DNA of 64,000 nucleotides, from contig OZ116709.1 in assembly GCA_964199315.1 (NCBI GenBank), positions 1,550,001 to 1,614,000 on the forward strand, given 5' to 3'. Position 1 is the stretch's first letter, and every line of letters starts with the position of its first letter. This document shows, in pieces, positions 24,201-35,489 of this stretch. This DNA is from Orbicella franksi (lineage: Eukaryota). The notes beneath the pieces were generated by a model. That model did not search any database, had not been told where the DNA came from, and saw only the letters and a program-made list of their open reading frames with translations. A program made the translations under genes and the position numbers.

Positions 24201-27200
24201 ATTCATTAGTTAGGTCTAGCGCAAGAGTGGAGCAGTATCTGGACATGCCTGATAGGCATTACACAAATCACTGTACCTTGTCCAGTTCCACAACTCGCTG
24301 TTCAGCAACAGTCAAACCAAAATCGATGTTTGCCTCTGTTACAAAATCATCCCGGTCAAGTACTAACTGAAACTTGTTGAATTCATCTGGGTAATGCTTT
24401 GTAAGAGCTTCTTGGCATGCCTGTAATGTGAATTTAATGCCTTGTACAACATCTAATGTAAGGTACACACTCCATTCAATAGGCCATCTTTGTTTTCTTG
24501 GTATTAGAACCAGCTTGCAATTATGGCAGTTTATGGGAATATAATAAATTTAACAGCTTCATTTCATTTGCATTTGAAAAGATTAGCTTGTATTCCCTTT
24601 CATTTCAATCTAATCCAGTTCGGTCAGAGAATACAAAAATGGCCCACTGCAAAATGCTTTCCATAAATAAATCATTATACAAAATGCCAACATTTGTGGC
24701 AGCTGATACATTGCACATGTCATTTTTCTATTTCCTTTATTAAGCTTACATAGCTTATTATAAAATTGCAGGTTAACATACCTTTTTCTCTGCCAAGGAT
24801 AGCGAGTGGCGAGTGGCTGATACATTGTACATGTCATTTTTCTATTTCCTTTATTAAGCTTACATAGCTTATTATAAAATTGCAGGTCAACATACCTTTT
24901 TCTCTGCCAAGGATAGCGAGTGGCAGACCCCTAAAACAGGCAATAAAATGTTAAACCATTAGGACAGTCTAACAAGTGAGGTTTTTAACCCCAAATTACT
25001 TGATACACCTTTTTTGGTTGAATCAGAATGTACATGAATCATGTGATGTGTCTTCAAACATTACAACTGCATAACTCCCTACGATAAAAAGAGCTTCAAC
25101 AATGAGCATGCATATGATAAGATCATGGCATCTTCAGGCCATGTTCAGTCATGAATATGTCTCATTGACCAGAGTGATACTGAAAGAAATTTAGAAACCT
25201 GCTCCAAATACATGTACTGTGGTCATTTAAACATAAATGGGACAACAAGCAACTTGTGAAGCCTTTTTTAATGTAATCATTTATTGCTTTCCATAACAAA
25301 TATAACAAATACAAAATATTACTGTTAAAAATAGTGAAGTATTTGTGCAATAGAAAGGAACTACTTATTTTCCTGTCAGAAGTATCTAATGATTTCTTGT
25401 TGCCTCCATGAAGTCTTGTAACACCCTAGTTTAAACCTTTATAGCCATGTTTCATGGCTGATGGTGGTAACATAGAGAGATGTAAGTCAGTGGAATCATA
25501 CCTTGACTTAGTACTTCACTTTTTTCACCTCGTATAACACTGACAGAATAGATGAATGGATTGTTCAGATGAAGATGAGATTTGCTCTTCTCTTTGGAAT
25601 CAAGTCTAGAAACAACACAAAATAAACCTATTTTTATTTCAATCAAAAGTTGGAAATTTATCAAAAACTTAATGTTAGTTACTTTACAAAACCTTTTTCA
25701 ATGTTCTGTAATCTTATTGGTCAGTTTTGTTTTAGAGACCTTGTTAACTGAAGTCACACTGTGACAACAGTAGACAAAATTTACAACAAATAACTGACAA
25801 TATTATTCACTGCAAGTTTTCTTAGATTACTAATATAATGAAACAAACAAACAGACAAACAAATATCAGTCTTTTTCGACAGCATTCAGGATTCACAAAA
25901 ACTAAAAAAGCACAGCCAAACAAATGATGCTTACTTTGTCTTCAAGGGAAAGTGTCCTACCATATCTGATATACACTGAAGAATGAACTTTGGGTGTTGC
26001 AGTTTTATGAGCTCCTCAATCTTATCATTTGTCAGTTCCGGTACAAGATGCGACCTTACAAATGCATCTGCTTTTTCAGGACTCTAACAAAAAAGAAGAA
26101 AAATTCACAATGAGAGAACTGGTTACTTCACTTTCATGGAGTCACAACAGTTCAAAAGATCAACATTCCTTGAGCATGGTTGTCTCACTTTAGAAAATTA
26201 AAATACCAGCCAAAAACATTTCTGAAATATGCCATCAGTTAACATGACCCTGATGACATATGTACTGCTTTACTGACCTCATGAGTATACACTGCTCCAA
26301 CTAGAGCTAATACAGTTTGCCTCTGCATCAGTTCATGTGGTTGTCTCTAAAACAAAAACAGTATAGAATTGTACAATTTCTGTCTCTGTTTCATTTGCAG
26401 AGTGCAACTCCAGCTACCAAAAAGCAAAAAATTGACATTTATATGTGATAAACTCACAGAAAAAAGAGTCTTTCCTTTGATATTCCACTCCACTGCTTTC
26501 TGCAATACATAATCATCTAACAAAGCATTCTGTATATCCCTGCAACAAATGATCTGAATTAATTATACTACAACTTTCTTGAGTATAATGCAATAATAAT
26601 ATTATTAATTCTTATTAATATAAACTGAGTTATGTCATGTTTCACTCATTCTGCCCATGACGGAAGGACCTATGTTAAGCTGTCTTGTTTGAAAGCAAGG
26701 TGACCACATGTGTGAAAACAGGTCTTGTGATAAGCTTATTATTCACCACGTAGTAAGTAAATTCACATGACTCTCTACTAGTCTTACCAGATCTGTAATG
26801 CTGAAAGTTCAGGAAAGTTGTGATAAAGATACTCTGTGATACACTTTCTTGTGGTCTGTGCACCTAAAGAGACATATTTCAGTCAGAGCTCAAAACAAAT
26901 AAGTTACAACAAATGAACTTAACACAGCTTATAGAAGCCAATTGAAAAAAAGTGCTGAGAAAACCTTGAAAGTATTGAGTAAAAAACCCATCTCATGCTT
27001 AGCTGTTACCAAGAAAGCTTTGCTAACAAATTGATAATATTAAGGTACAAAGATAAAGCTAAGTACGTTCTCTTGCCAGTAACATTAGCAGTCTTTTAGG
27101 GTAAAATTAATATAAATCACAGTAAACTGTATATTTATAACTTACAAACTTACAGTTTCCTACAAGGGGAAGAAATATCTATGTATAATTAGAATTATTT

Positions 27201-29371
27201 GTCAACTTTAAGTCTTACCAAGAAAAGCCAGTTTTTCGTTACATTCATGAGGTTCCATAAGTTTGTCAGCATTTGCTATCAGGTATGACTCGTGAGTGAA
27301 AGCAGCCAAAAGGTCTTTTACATCTGGGATGTTTACATTGAGTTTTGTGGAAAATGAAACAATATTTTCCCTGAAATCTGTTAAAAGAGAAAAATGCTGA
27401 AATCAGGCAAGTATTTAAGTTAACATTTAATACTTTGATCACAAATCTACAAACCCCTTGGTTCATGCATGTACATCTTTACAACAGTGGTGCACTTGCC
27501 AAAAAAACTTTTGATACTACTTCGTTCACAGGCTCACAACACAAAATATAGAACTGTAAAGGTAACAATCTGTGTATGAAGCTTTGGTCAACACTGATAT
27601 TCTAGTACTCCATACTTATTGTCATATAACATGTACTTCTTGCTGTGTTTGGTTCTCAGAATCTGTTACTATATGCTTAAGTGGGTGGTCAATTGTTCCA
27701 CACTGTGCAAAGATTGCTTTTAACATAATAAATACCTGTGTTGCTTAAAAGAGTTTGAGGAGTTTCTACATCCTAGAAAATAAAATTAAAAAGCTTTGTT
27801 TAGCTTTGCTTTGTTTGTAGTAATTAGTGTCTTTAGCAGGCTTTATTATATCTCTCAGTTAGTATGCGCGTTATGATTGGTCAATTTAGTGGACTGTCCT
27901 CTACTGCACGGCCCGCTAAAATTTAAAGCTGTGTTTGTTGCCAAAATGTTTCGTGATTTATCGCGAAGTGCTCTTAACTTTTTAGCAATTACAAGTTTAA
28001 AACTTTCTCTTACTTCTGAAACTGTGTATTAAAACCTGCTAATAACTTGAGAGTCACTTAACAACGGTTTCAAACTGACTTGTATTGCTTTTGAGGTGTG
28101 ACAAAAAATTTGAACCATTCCACGTGAATAGAAATCATTCTTGAACCTGTCAGACACACAGAAGAGATATAATATATATGTTACTAACCTTATTTTCTTG
28201 GTCGGTACTGTAAAGTACGGATCCTTGTTTTTTCCCCCTTCAATTTATGGCCCAAGCGCCTGGGCCATAAATTGATGGGAAAAAACTTGGTCTGAAACTT
28301 ACAGTATGGCCCTTGAACTCGGTTAGTAAGAGGTATGTATTGAAATATATATAATACACCATTATCCTGGCATGATGTCTACCATTAGAGGGTGGTAAAT
28401 ATACCTGATTTATAACTTCTTAGACCAAATCTAATGTTTAATTAATCAAACTTAACTGAACTTAATCAATCTTAACCAAACTTAATCAAACGATTTGGCT
28501 CAATTGACAGAAAGTTTGGCACTCAAAAACAATCAGACCCTTGCAGTAAAATCGAAGTAGTCAAATGCAATTGAACTTCGATTGAGTTTGACTAATTTGA
28601 ATGGTCAAAGTTGGAATATAACATCTGATTTTAAATGGGAGTTATATGAGACAAATGTGGATATTTTCCTGAATGTTCTTGTTTTTCTACAGTGTCTTAT
28701 GAAGAAAGTTGCACTGTTGAACTAGCTTTGTTTAACTTCACTGCATTGCATGGTAAGAGAGATTTTTCAATGTCCAATGAAGTTCAACTGGGTTCAACTA
28801 AGTAAAGAAATTAAACACAATCAAACTCACACACAAATGTTTTGGTTTGATTTTGTTTCATCGCTGAACTCAATCAAAAACAATCATTCCACAAAGTTTG
28901 ATTGCATTCAAGCTGTAAAAAAACACATATATTTTGGTCTGAAATAGGGCAAGGGCTTTCCCAAATTCTGAGAAGTTAATGCACCCTCCTCTGCCAGCCC
29001 CGCCCCCGGGACAATTCCCTTGAAGGTTCTAGGTGAGATCACCCATCAGGAGCATTGACTGAAAAAAAAAAAAAAAAGAAAACTTAAACATTTTTTCTCG
29101 TATTAGGACCACCAAGGTAACGAGCTGTCTTCTATATATAGAAGCTATCATGACTTGTACATACCGGATACTTTTCGGTGCAAAACCAGGACTTTTGTGT
29201 CTTTTTCACGTCAGACCTGTATCTCTGTAACAAGTCACAACTTACACACCAGGACGATGCTGATGCGGGGCGTACAAGCGATTTACTAAATAAGTCATTT
29301 GCAAGTGCCCTTAGAAAAAATGTCCTTGCCAGTGGAAATAAAGTTCTTGAAGAAAATATTACAGAGCTCAT
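21295..29371 (-). CDS. MRPL44: MRPL44-like (RNase III-like + dsRBD) protein fused to a C-terminal LIN7-like PDZ domain, 496 aa
   Basis: Fourteen exons, all GT-AG and phase-compatible: 29371-29165, 27396-27219, 26863-26788, 26539-26458, 26346-26278, 26083-25935, 25605-25502, 24930-24896, 24420-24277, 23572-23442, 23211-23163, 22903-22849, 22270-22235, 21470-21295; 1491 nt with no internal stop. The order is a transit-like N-terminus, the RNase III-like region (LLAAFTHESY, NEKLAFLG, TVLALVGAVY, AFVRSHLVPEL, QHPKFIL), the dsRBD (IYSVSV...SQGVCHSLSLAEKKACQEAL) and then the PDZ. The exon 2 acceptor (27396) was chosen because it restores phase. Confidence 0.85.
22235..24297 (-). other. PDZ domain (LIN7-like) encoded by the end of exon 9 and exons 10-13 of the MRPL44-like gene
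   Basis: The spliced sequence RVVELDKGEESFGFHIRGG...TPVFISHIVPGGVADRHGGLSVGDKILAVNDRSLEGLDHERAVNLLKSVSGRVSLTV aligns almost residue for residue with LIN7 as I recall it (RVVELPKTEEGLGFNIMGG...[57 protein letters not shown]). Confidence 0.92.
24702..24924. repeat. 114-bp tandem duplication that copies most of microexon 8 and its donor site
   Basis: GCTGATACATTG...CCTTTTTCTCTGCCAAGGATAGCGAGTGGC occurs at 24702-24810 and 24816-24924, differing at about 2 positions. Confidence 0.92.
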
Positions 29372-29538
29372 ATTGTCGAAACACCGACTCCCTAGTGATT
29401 ACTCTGCAAAGTTAACCAGTAAATATGCCCTTAAACTTGTTGGTGTGAAAAAGGTGTCTTCGCAAAGGAGAATTTTAGCAAAGCACAGGGTAAAACGGGC
29501 ATAAAACACGTGGTTACGGCCGGCTCCACAGTGCCGCC
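29372..29538. promoter_or_regulatory. Probable bidirectional promoter between the MRPL44-PDZ gene and the CDP-alcohol phosphotransferase gene
   Basis: The divergent ATGs (29371 on -, 29539 or 29695 on +) are only 167-323 bp apart. CACGTG is present at about 29507. Confidence 0.6.
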
Positions 29539-32500
29539 ATGTTGACTGCCATGTTGAAAAAAGTAGCTACAAGTGATGAGTACCCAGTCCTCGCTCCACT
29601 TATTGGTGCCTGCGTTGTCCCGCAGGTCGTGCAGGAGTGCAGGCGTGCAGGACATTGTGCAGGACAAAGTGCAGTAAAAGATGGGGTAGCTGCTATGGAG
29701 CAAACGGCCCACAGAAAAGAAGATGTGCTCCTTTTTGTGCCCAACCTAATAGGTCAGATATTTCTTCTTTCTTCTAGTTTTGCCTTTTTAACTTTTTACC
29801 TTTCTAAATTTTTAAATTTTTAAATCTTACAGGACCCCTTTGATAATAGTACTTTATAGTACTGATGGGTTAATCCTGTCTAAAGATTCGTTATTATTAT
29901 TTATTTTTATTCTCGTCTCCATTGATTTTAGCCCTATGTGATCACGATCTGTTTTGTAAAAGGTGCGTTAGGTGTAAACTGAAAGAAAGACAATGGCAAT
30001 TATGTAACACTTCGTGTAACCAAAAAATTACAAGCTGCCAAAATGATCTCCTTCTATCAGAGGTATTGATATCAATATAACCAGAAGCAGGCACGGTTCC
30101 TTCCTTCTTTAGATTTTTAGGCGGAGGGAAAATATGTTTCTCAGTACACCCAGGTACACCCTGTCCCACAAGCTTGAGATAAAAGTGAAAATCTTCGTGA
30201 TACTCATTGAATTCTACTTGTTTTGTATAAAAACTAATGTCTATCTTTTGTCTCTAAAGGTTACGTACGTCTTGTCCTTTTACTAGCATCCTGGATATTC
30301 TTTACCAATCCAGTCCTTTTCCTGTCTTTTTACACCTCATCAATCTTACTGGATGGTGAGAGCTGTGTACATTGTGATTCTTAAATAAGCTTACATATTT
30401 GCTTGACACGAATTCATGATATTTTCTAAGCTGCATGTTTGCCAGATCAGCTCAGTTTGTGTTATCACAGGAGCCCAAATCAAAGCATCAAGTCTGGTGA
30501 CGACCCCATACTTGATGAACCTCAGGGTGATGGGTTGGGGGGGGGGGGGGAACTCCCTGTAACAAATGGAATATATTGGAAGGCTCTCCCTGAAAGGGTT
30601 ACCTTTTTCAGGCTGGATGTATATAGAATGGTAGGATTTTAACTAGTTGAAGTATAGAAAAGAGTAGAAAACCTGTCTCTCAAGTAGTAACGGACTTCAG
30701 CAAAATGTTTGATACAGGTGTGTTGGTGATAAGGAGTTACAAAGGCCATTTATGGGTTTGAATTAAACAATTTAGAGATTTCTTTTAGGGTGAAATTTTC
30801 TGGTGGACTTTTTTTGGGTAGAGAGGTTTCTAAAGGATTTTTTTTAGAATAAATAAGAGTATACTGTAGTATGTGGAAGGGGTTACATTTTCTGTGCAAG
30901 ATCTTTCATATAGATTCACTATTATTATTTTATTTCAGGTCTTGATGGAATTTTAGCACGGCAGTTAAACCAAACATCTGCATTTGGAGCCTGGGTACTG
31001 AAATTTCTTTGATTCAATTTCATCTTCAACTAAATAATGTCAATGTCGTGGTTTTCTCTCATAACTTCTTGAGAGCTAAAAAGCTCTCAAAATTAAATTG
31101 CAAAAATTGATGTTGTTCCCTTTGAAGCAGAACCAGGTTAAGTCAGTAGATTGAATTGATGGGTCAGGTCTATATTGGTACAAATGAACTTGAACCCAGT
31201 TTTTCAAACTGTCATGACTAAGCTGAGCTTGTAGCAACAGATAAACAAGAGCTTTCCCTTCTGTTGTGCTAAATGTCTCTCAATTTTGCCTTGACCTAAG
31301 TATGTCCTGAAAATCGACATGTACTGGGTGCAGCGGGGTTATTTATTCATTTTTTGTACAGTTTGTTCTTTTTATAGTTAGATGTTGTTATTGACAATCT
31401 TGGCAGAGGAATGCTGTGGACCTTACTTTATAAAGTAATTGTTACTTTGTTGTTGATGATATTTTCAATGTTAATGATATTAATGTAATGTTAGCCCCCA
31501 GGGGAGGGGAAGCATATTTAGAGGGAGACTTTGCCTAAAGGGGGTAGCTTTTTCAGGCTGAAGGTGTATAAAAGAGTACGGAAGGCTGTCATATTTAAAA
31601 GGGCCATTCCAAATAACTCAACAGATGCACCAAATGTTTCAACAATCGATATCTTTTAAGGGGTTAGTGGAGTGAAAAGTTTAGAGAAGGGATGGAGCAT
31701 TTCTGTTGTTACTGTGTGAAAGGGCTACCATTTTATAATAGAAAGTCTATAAATGGTTCCTGTTCCGATCAAAAATGATGTAATTATATGATTAGTGAGG
31801 GTTGAACCTCAGCTGGAGTCCCCCTGTATAAAACTGTGTTGAGTAATCCCTCAGGGATGTTAGCCATTAGTGAGCTTGCTTTGTATCAAGTGGCAATGTT
31901 CACCCTAACCAACTGAAAAGGCATTGTATTCAAGAGGTTAGAGTATGTAAATATTGGAAAAAAATTAATGTTTACCAACTTCTGCCCATGTTTTGATTTT
32001 GCTTTTCTAGTGGTAGTGTCAGACCTCTTTGAAAGGCAGGGGCTCCAAACTTTTTCTGGCCCTTTGGGCCTTAAATTAACACCATCACCCCCCATCCAAA
32101 TATTTTGGCCCTTTGGGTCTTGAGTATTTTTGCATATAACAAGGGCCCCAGGCCCCTTCCTTGGATCTACCACTGTTGTTTGACCAGTTGCTAGTATACA
32201 GCCATTGATTCAACTGTTGGCATGAATGAATTCTCTTTTTTTTAAATAAAAGAAGTCTAATACATGTGTAAGTTTCTATAATTTCTTAATGACTCACTCG
32301 TTTAGATGTTATCTGAGTGTGTAGCAGCAAATATCCAATATTAAAAATCTTCTCACTTGTTCTTGACAGTGGGCATACTTTATTAGTGCATTCGAGTGGT
32401 TGGTATTTGTGTGCACACATACACTAGGAGCACAGTGGAAGAGTACCAAAACAAATCCTCCTTCATGGGTTCAAACTGTCATGGCTAATGGTATGTTGTT

Positions 32501-35489
32501 TCCAGACATGTTCATGAATATGTTATAGTTGAACTTCTCCAAAAAGCCACTTTTGTTGTGGGAAGGTTACCTTTAAATATCTTAAAGATAAAGTAGTCAT
32601 GCCTATAACTTTTATATATGGGAGTTTTCCCCTGCCCCCCCCCCCCCCTACCACCCCCAATCCTGTTTGTTTAGCTTTGACATAATAATCTTGATTGATC
32701 ATCATATTTCAAATTAGTTTCTTTAATTCACTTGTCAGGATTTAAAACACCAGCAGGAGTGTTTGCTGTGAGTGGCCTGCATGTGCTACCTGTGTGGCTA
32801 TATGGACTCAAGTCACACCTGTGGACACCGTTCATGTCACACCATTTACAATTGGGAGTGACTGGTGTTTTAGTTTCTGGCAGAGCTCTTTGTATGGCTG
32901 TTGAAGTAAGTTTGATGATAAGTTGCAGGAATCACAATGAGAAGACCTCTTAACTGGTTTGTTCTTCTGTGGCTTGAAGTTGAGCTGAAACTCTCATAAG
33001 GTCATTAAGAGGATAGGTTTACTCACTCTCTTTCCTCTTACCAATTTCCCTAAGCAAATCAAGTGAACTGCACCATACTAACTTTGGTCAAATGAGGAAG
33101 GAGTACGTGTATTCTAAGCTAATTATATAACAACTAGTTGTACCTATTGGTAAATGCCAACAAACAAATGAACCATTGTCAATGAGGATAATGGTTGTTT
33201 AGCAAGTATTTTACGTATACATCAATGTAACCTATGACTCTGGGAGAAGTACTTTATTTATTTGTAAACCCAAGTGAGCCTCTCTGAACAAACGGAATGA
33301 ACTGATAACTTCACGTAGACACGCAAACAAATTTCTCCTGAAAAATGCTAAATCTTAAATTTTATAAATTTTATAAATTTTATAGCTTCACTTGTCACAA
33401 AATTTTATAGCTTATCTTGTCACGCAATAGTAACGGAGTTTATTTATTTTTAATCTCCTACTTTCCATTGTTTTGTAAAAACGTTCACTTATTGTAGCTA
33501 TCATATTTCCAACAGTTATGTGCGTACTTCAAATCAGTGTTACGATGTAATTTCGCATTTGACAATTTTATCTGATGAGTGCTGCCCACAAGTTGTGTAG
33601 TACCAAACTAGATACAGTCAAACCTCCCATAAGCGACCACCCAAAATGTCAAGCCTAGGTGGTCGTTTATATGAGGTGGTCGCTTACGAGAGCTTAGACC
33701 ATACTGGGTCAAAATTTTGCCTCATTAGCATATGGTAACTGCAGAGACTTACCCTGTGTTTTAAATGCTTTATTCATTGGAAAAGTTAATTTCGAGAAAA
33801 AATCTGATTCTTCCCGTCTAGACATTTCCATCCCCTGTACTATCCAGGAACGCGACAATGTTAGAACACCTTATTATCCAGTTTCCACTCTATTATCTGT
33901 TAAGTGCTCGTCTACGGGAGGTTAAAAACAAAAGAAAATTTCAAACTTTTAGCTCTATAAGTGGTCGTGGTCGCTTATGAGAGCTGGTCATCTACAAGAG
34001 GTTCCAAATATAGTAATTTGACTTGAAAACTTTTGGTATTTTGGAAAACTGGTCGTACCCTGGTCCCAGAGGTTTTTCTTGATTTTTCTTATTTTCGGGA
34101 AGCGGCTAACACAAGTCGCGAATAAAATTCTTGCCGCTTTGCGACTTGTGTTTTCACTGCTTTGCGGCTCTCTTGCAGCTCTCTCATGCAGAGAAAAATA
34201 AAGAAAAACCTCTCGGACCAGGGTAAACTGGTCACTGAGTAGAGGTGGTCGCAACTGGAGGTTTGACTGTAGTAATAAAATGCCAAGTCAAATCTACGTT
34301 TGATCAGTTCGTCATCTGTTATATATATGTGTAGATGTACTGAATTGTTGCCAAGGAAAGGACAGACATGAAATGGTTTTGGTAGAATTTAATTTATATT
34401 TGTTTGAAATGTTTAAAATTTGAGCAATTCTAAATAATGTTTTGGTTTTGTCATGGACAAATTTTTTCAGCTTTGGCATACTATATATTAAAGTTTGGTC
34501 TCCTCACATGGGCATGGTTGTTCAAAAAACCAGATACTTGGCAGTCAAGAATTTTAAACCACGAGCTAGTACTTGACTATTATGAATGTTTTATTGTTTA
34601 AATTCATATCTATTATGAACACACTTTTTTTAAAAAAACTGGCCGTCGAATATTGAAGAAGCTACTTTTTAACAGTAGCTTAGCCAACAGTTCTAAGAAC
34701 TTCAATTCTCTGCAGTCACTCAGTACCTATTGACAATGTCACGCAACCTGGGGTGAACTTTCGTTGTGTTATGTGCTTCCATGCCAAGGTGGTGAATCCT
34801 ATGGTATTTATACACAGAGGTCAAGCAGTCTCAGCAGGTTTGAATGGAAATTATGGTGGAAAAACGAAAATAATTTCTGACTGCTGGGTAAACAGTCAAT
34901 TGAGAAATGCCCATGAGTCACACAAAGCTTGGACAATTTGTGACTTGGAAACCCAAAAATTGGCTCGTCCCAAATGTCAACAACATCGGCCTACATCCTG
35001 ATATGACCAAAAAATCTCACAGCACCGGAAATGTTCACTTACGCAAAATCGAGCTGAGAAAATCTGAGAACTTTTCTGGGTAACCTGCTGCATAAACCTC
35101 CAGACTATGTATGTTGCTTTATAGCTGCCTCCTCGTCAGACTCGTGTTTTCGCCTGTCTGACTTGTTGGCAATAATGTATCCTGTTTGTTTCTTATGGTT
35201 ACTGTATAGACTAATTTATACAAGATTTGTTTACAATACTCATGCTTAAATTAAGTTCATTGTAAGAAAGAACTCTGCAACATCCGTTCCAATGAAGAGT
35301 AAATAATAACTATAGATATGTGTTCAAATATTAGAATATTGATCAGTACTTGTTATGACACTCCTGCTCATAAAAATACTTTTTTGATAGGTTTGGTTTA
35401 TTACAAGCCACATAAAAGATCTGCTAGCAGATCATGAACAGAAAGTACCATCACCAAGTGCAGATCCCTTGATTGAAGATGCTACCTAG
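29539..35489 (+). CDS. CDP-alcohol phosphatidyltransferase family protein (PI-synthase/CDIPT-like paralog)
   Basis: Exons 29539 (or 29695)-29752, 30260-30355, 30939-30994, 31378-31434, 32370-32490, 32739-32905 and 35391-35489 (TAG) are all in phase. The protein has VLLFVPNLIGYVR and the full family motif D-G-x2-A-R-x8-G-x3-D-x3-D (DGILARQLNQTSAFGAWLDVVID). The downstream sequence (DNLGRGMLW, EWLVFVC, GLHVLPVWLY) differs from canonical CDIPT (DRCSTM, SHWLH). Confidence 0.88.
33615..34269. mobile_element. Tc1/mariner-type MITE (TA TSD) with a nested element
   Basis: TA|CAGTCAAACCTCC ... GGAGGTTTGACTG|TA, with repeated GGTGGTCG/CGACCACC subterminal motifs. It lies in the last intron of the phosphotransferase gene. 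Confidence 0.85.
34056..34225. mobile_element. 170-bp MITE nested in the mariner-type MITE, 9-bp TSD
   Basis: TIRs TACCCTGGTCCCAGAGGTTTTTCTT and AAGAAAAACCTCTCGGACCAGGGTA. Flanks are AACTGGTCG and AACTGGTCA (8/9 match). Confidence 0.8.

Noticed and set aside
24043-24246. 67-aa ORF just downstream of MRPL44 exon 9
   Set aside because: Joining it would need a 28-nt intron and it has no homology. Exon 9 instead splices in phase to the PDZ exon at 23572.
24421-24468. Upstream extension of exon 9 (DVVQGIKFTLQ) as the link from exon 7
   Set aside because: The 35-nt microexon at 24930-24896 gives correct phase and a much better dsRBD alignment (G..S...AE..A..AL).
29178-29504. 108-aa plus-strand ORF
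   Set aside because: It is antisense to MRPL44-PDZ exon 1 and the promoter, starts at GTG and has no recognisable motif.
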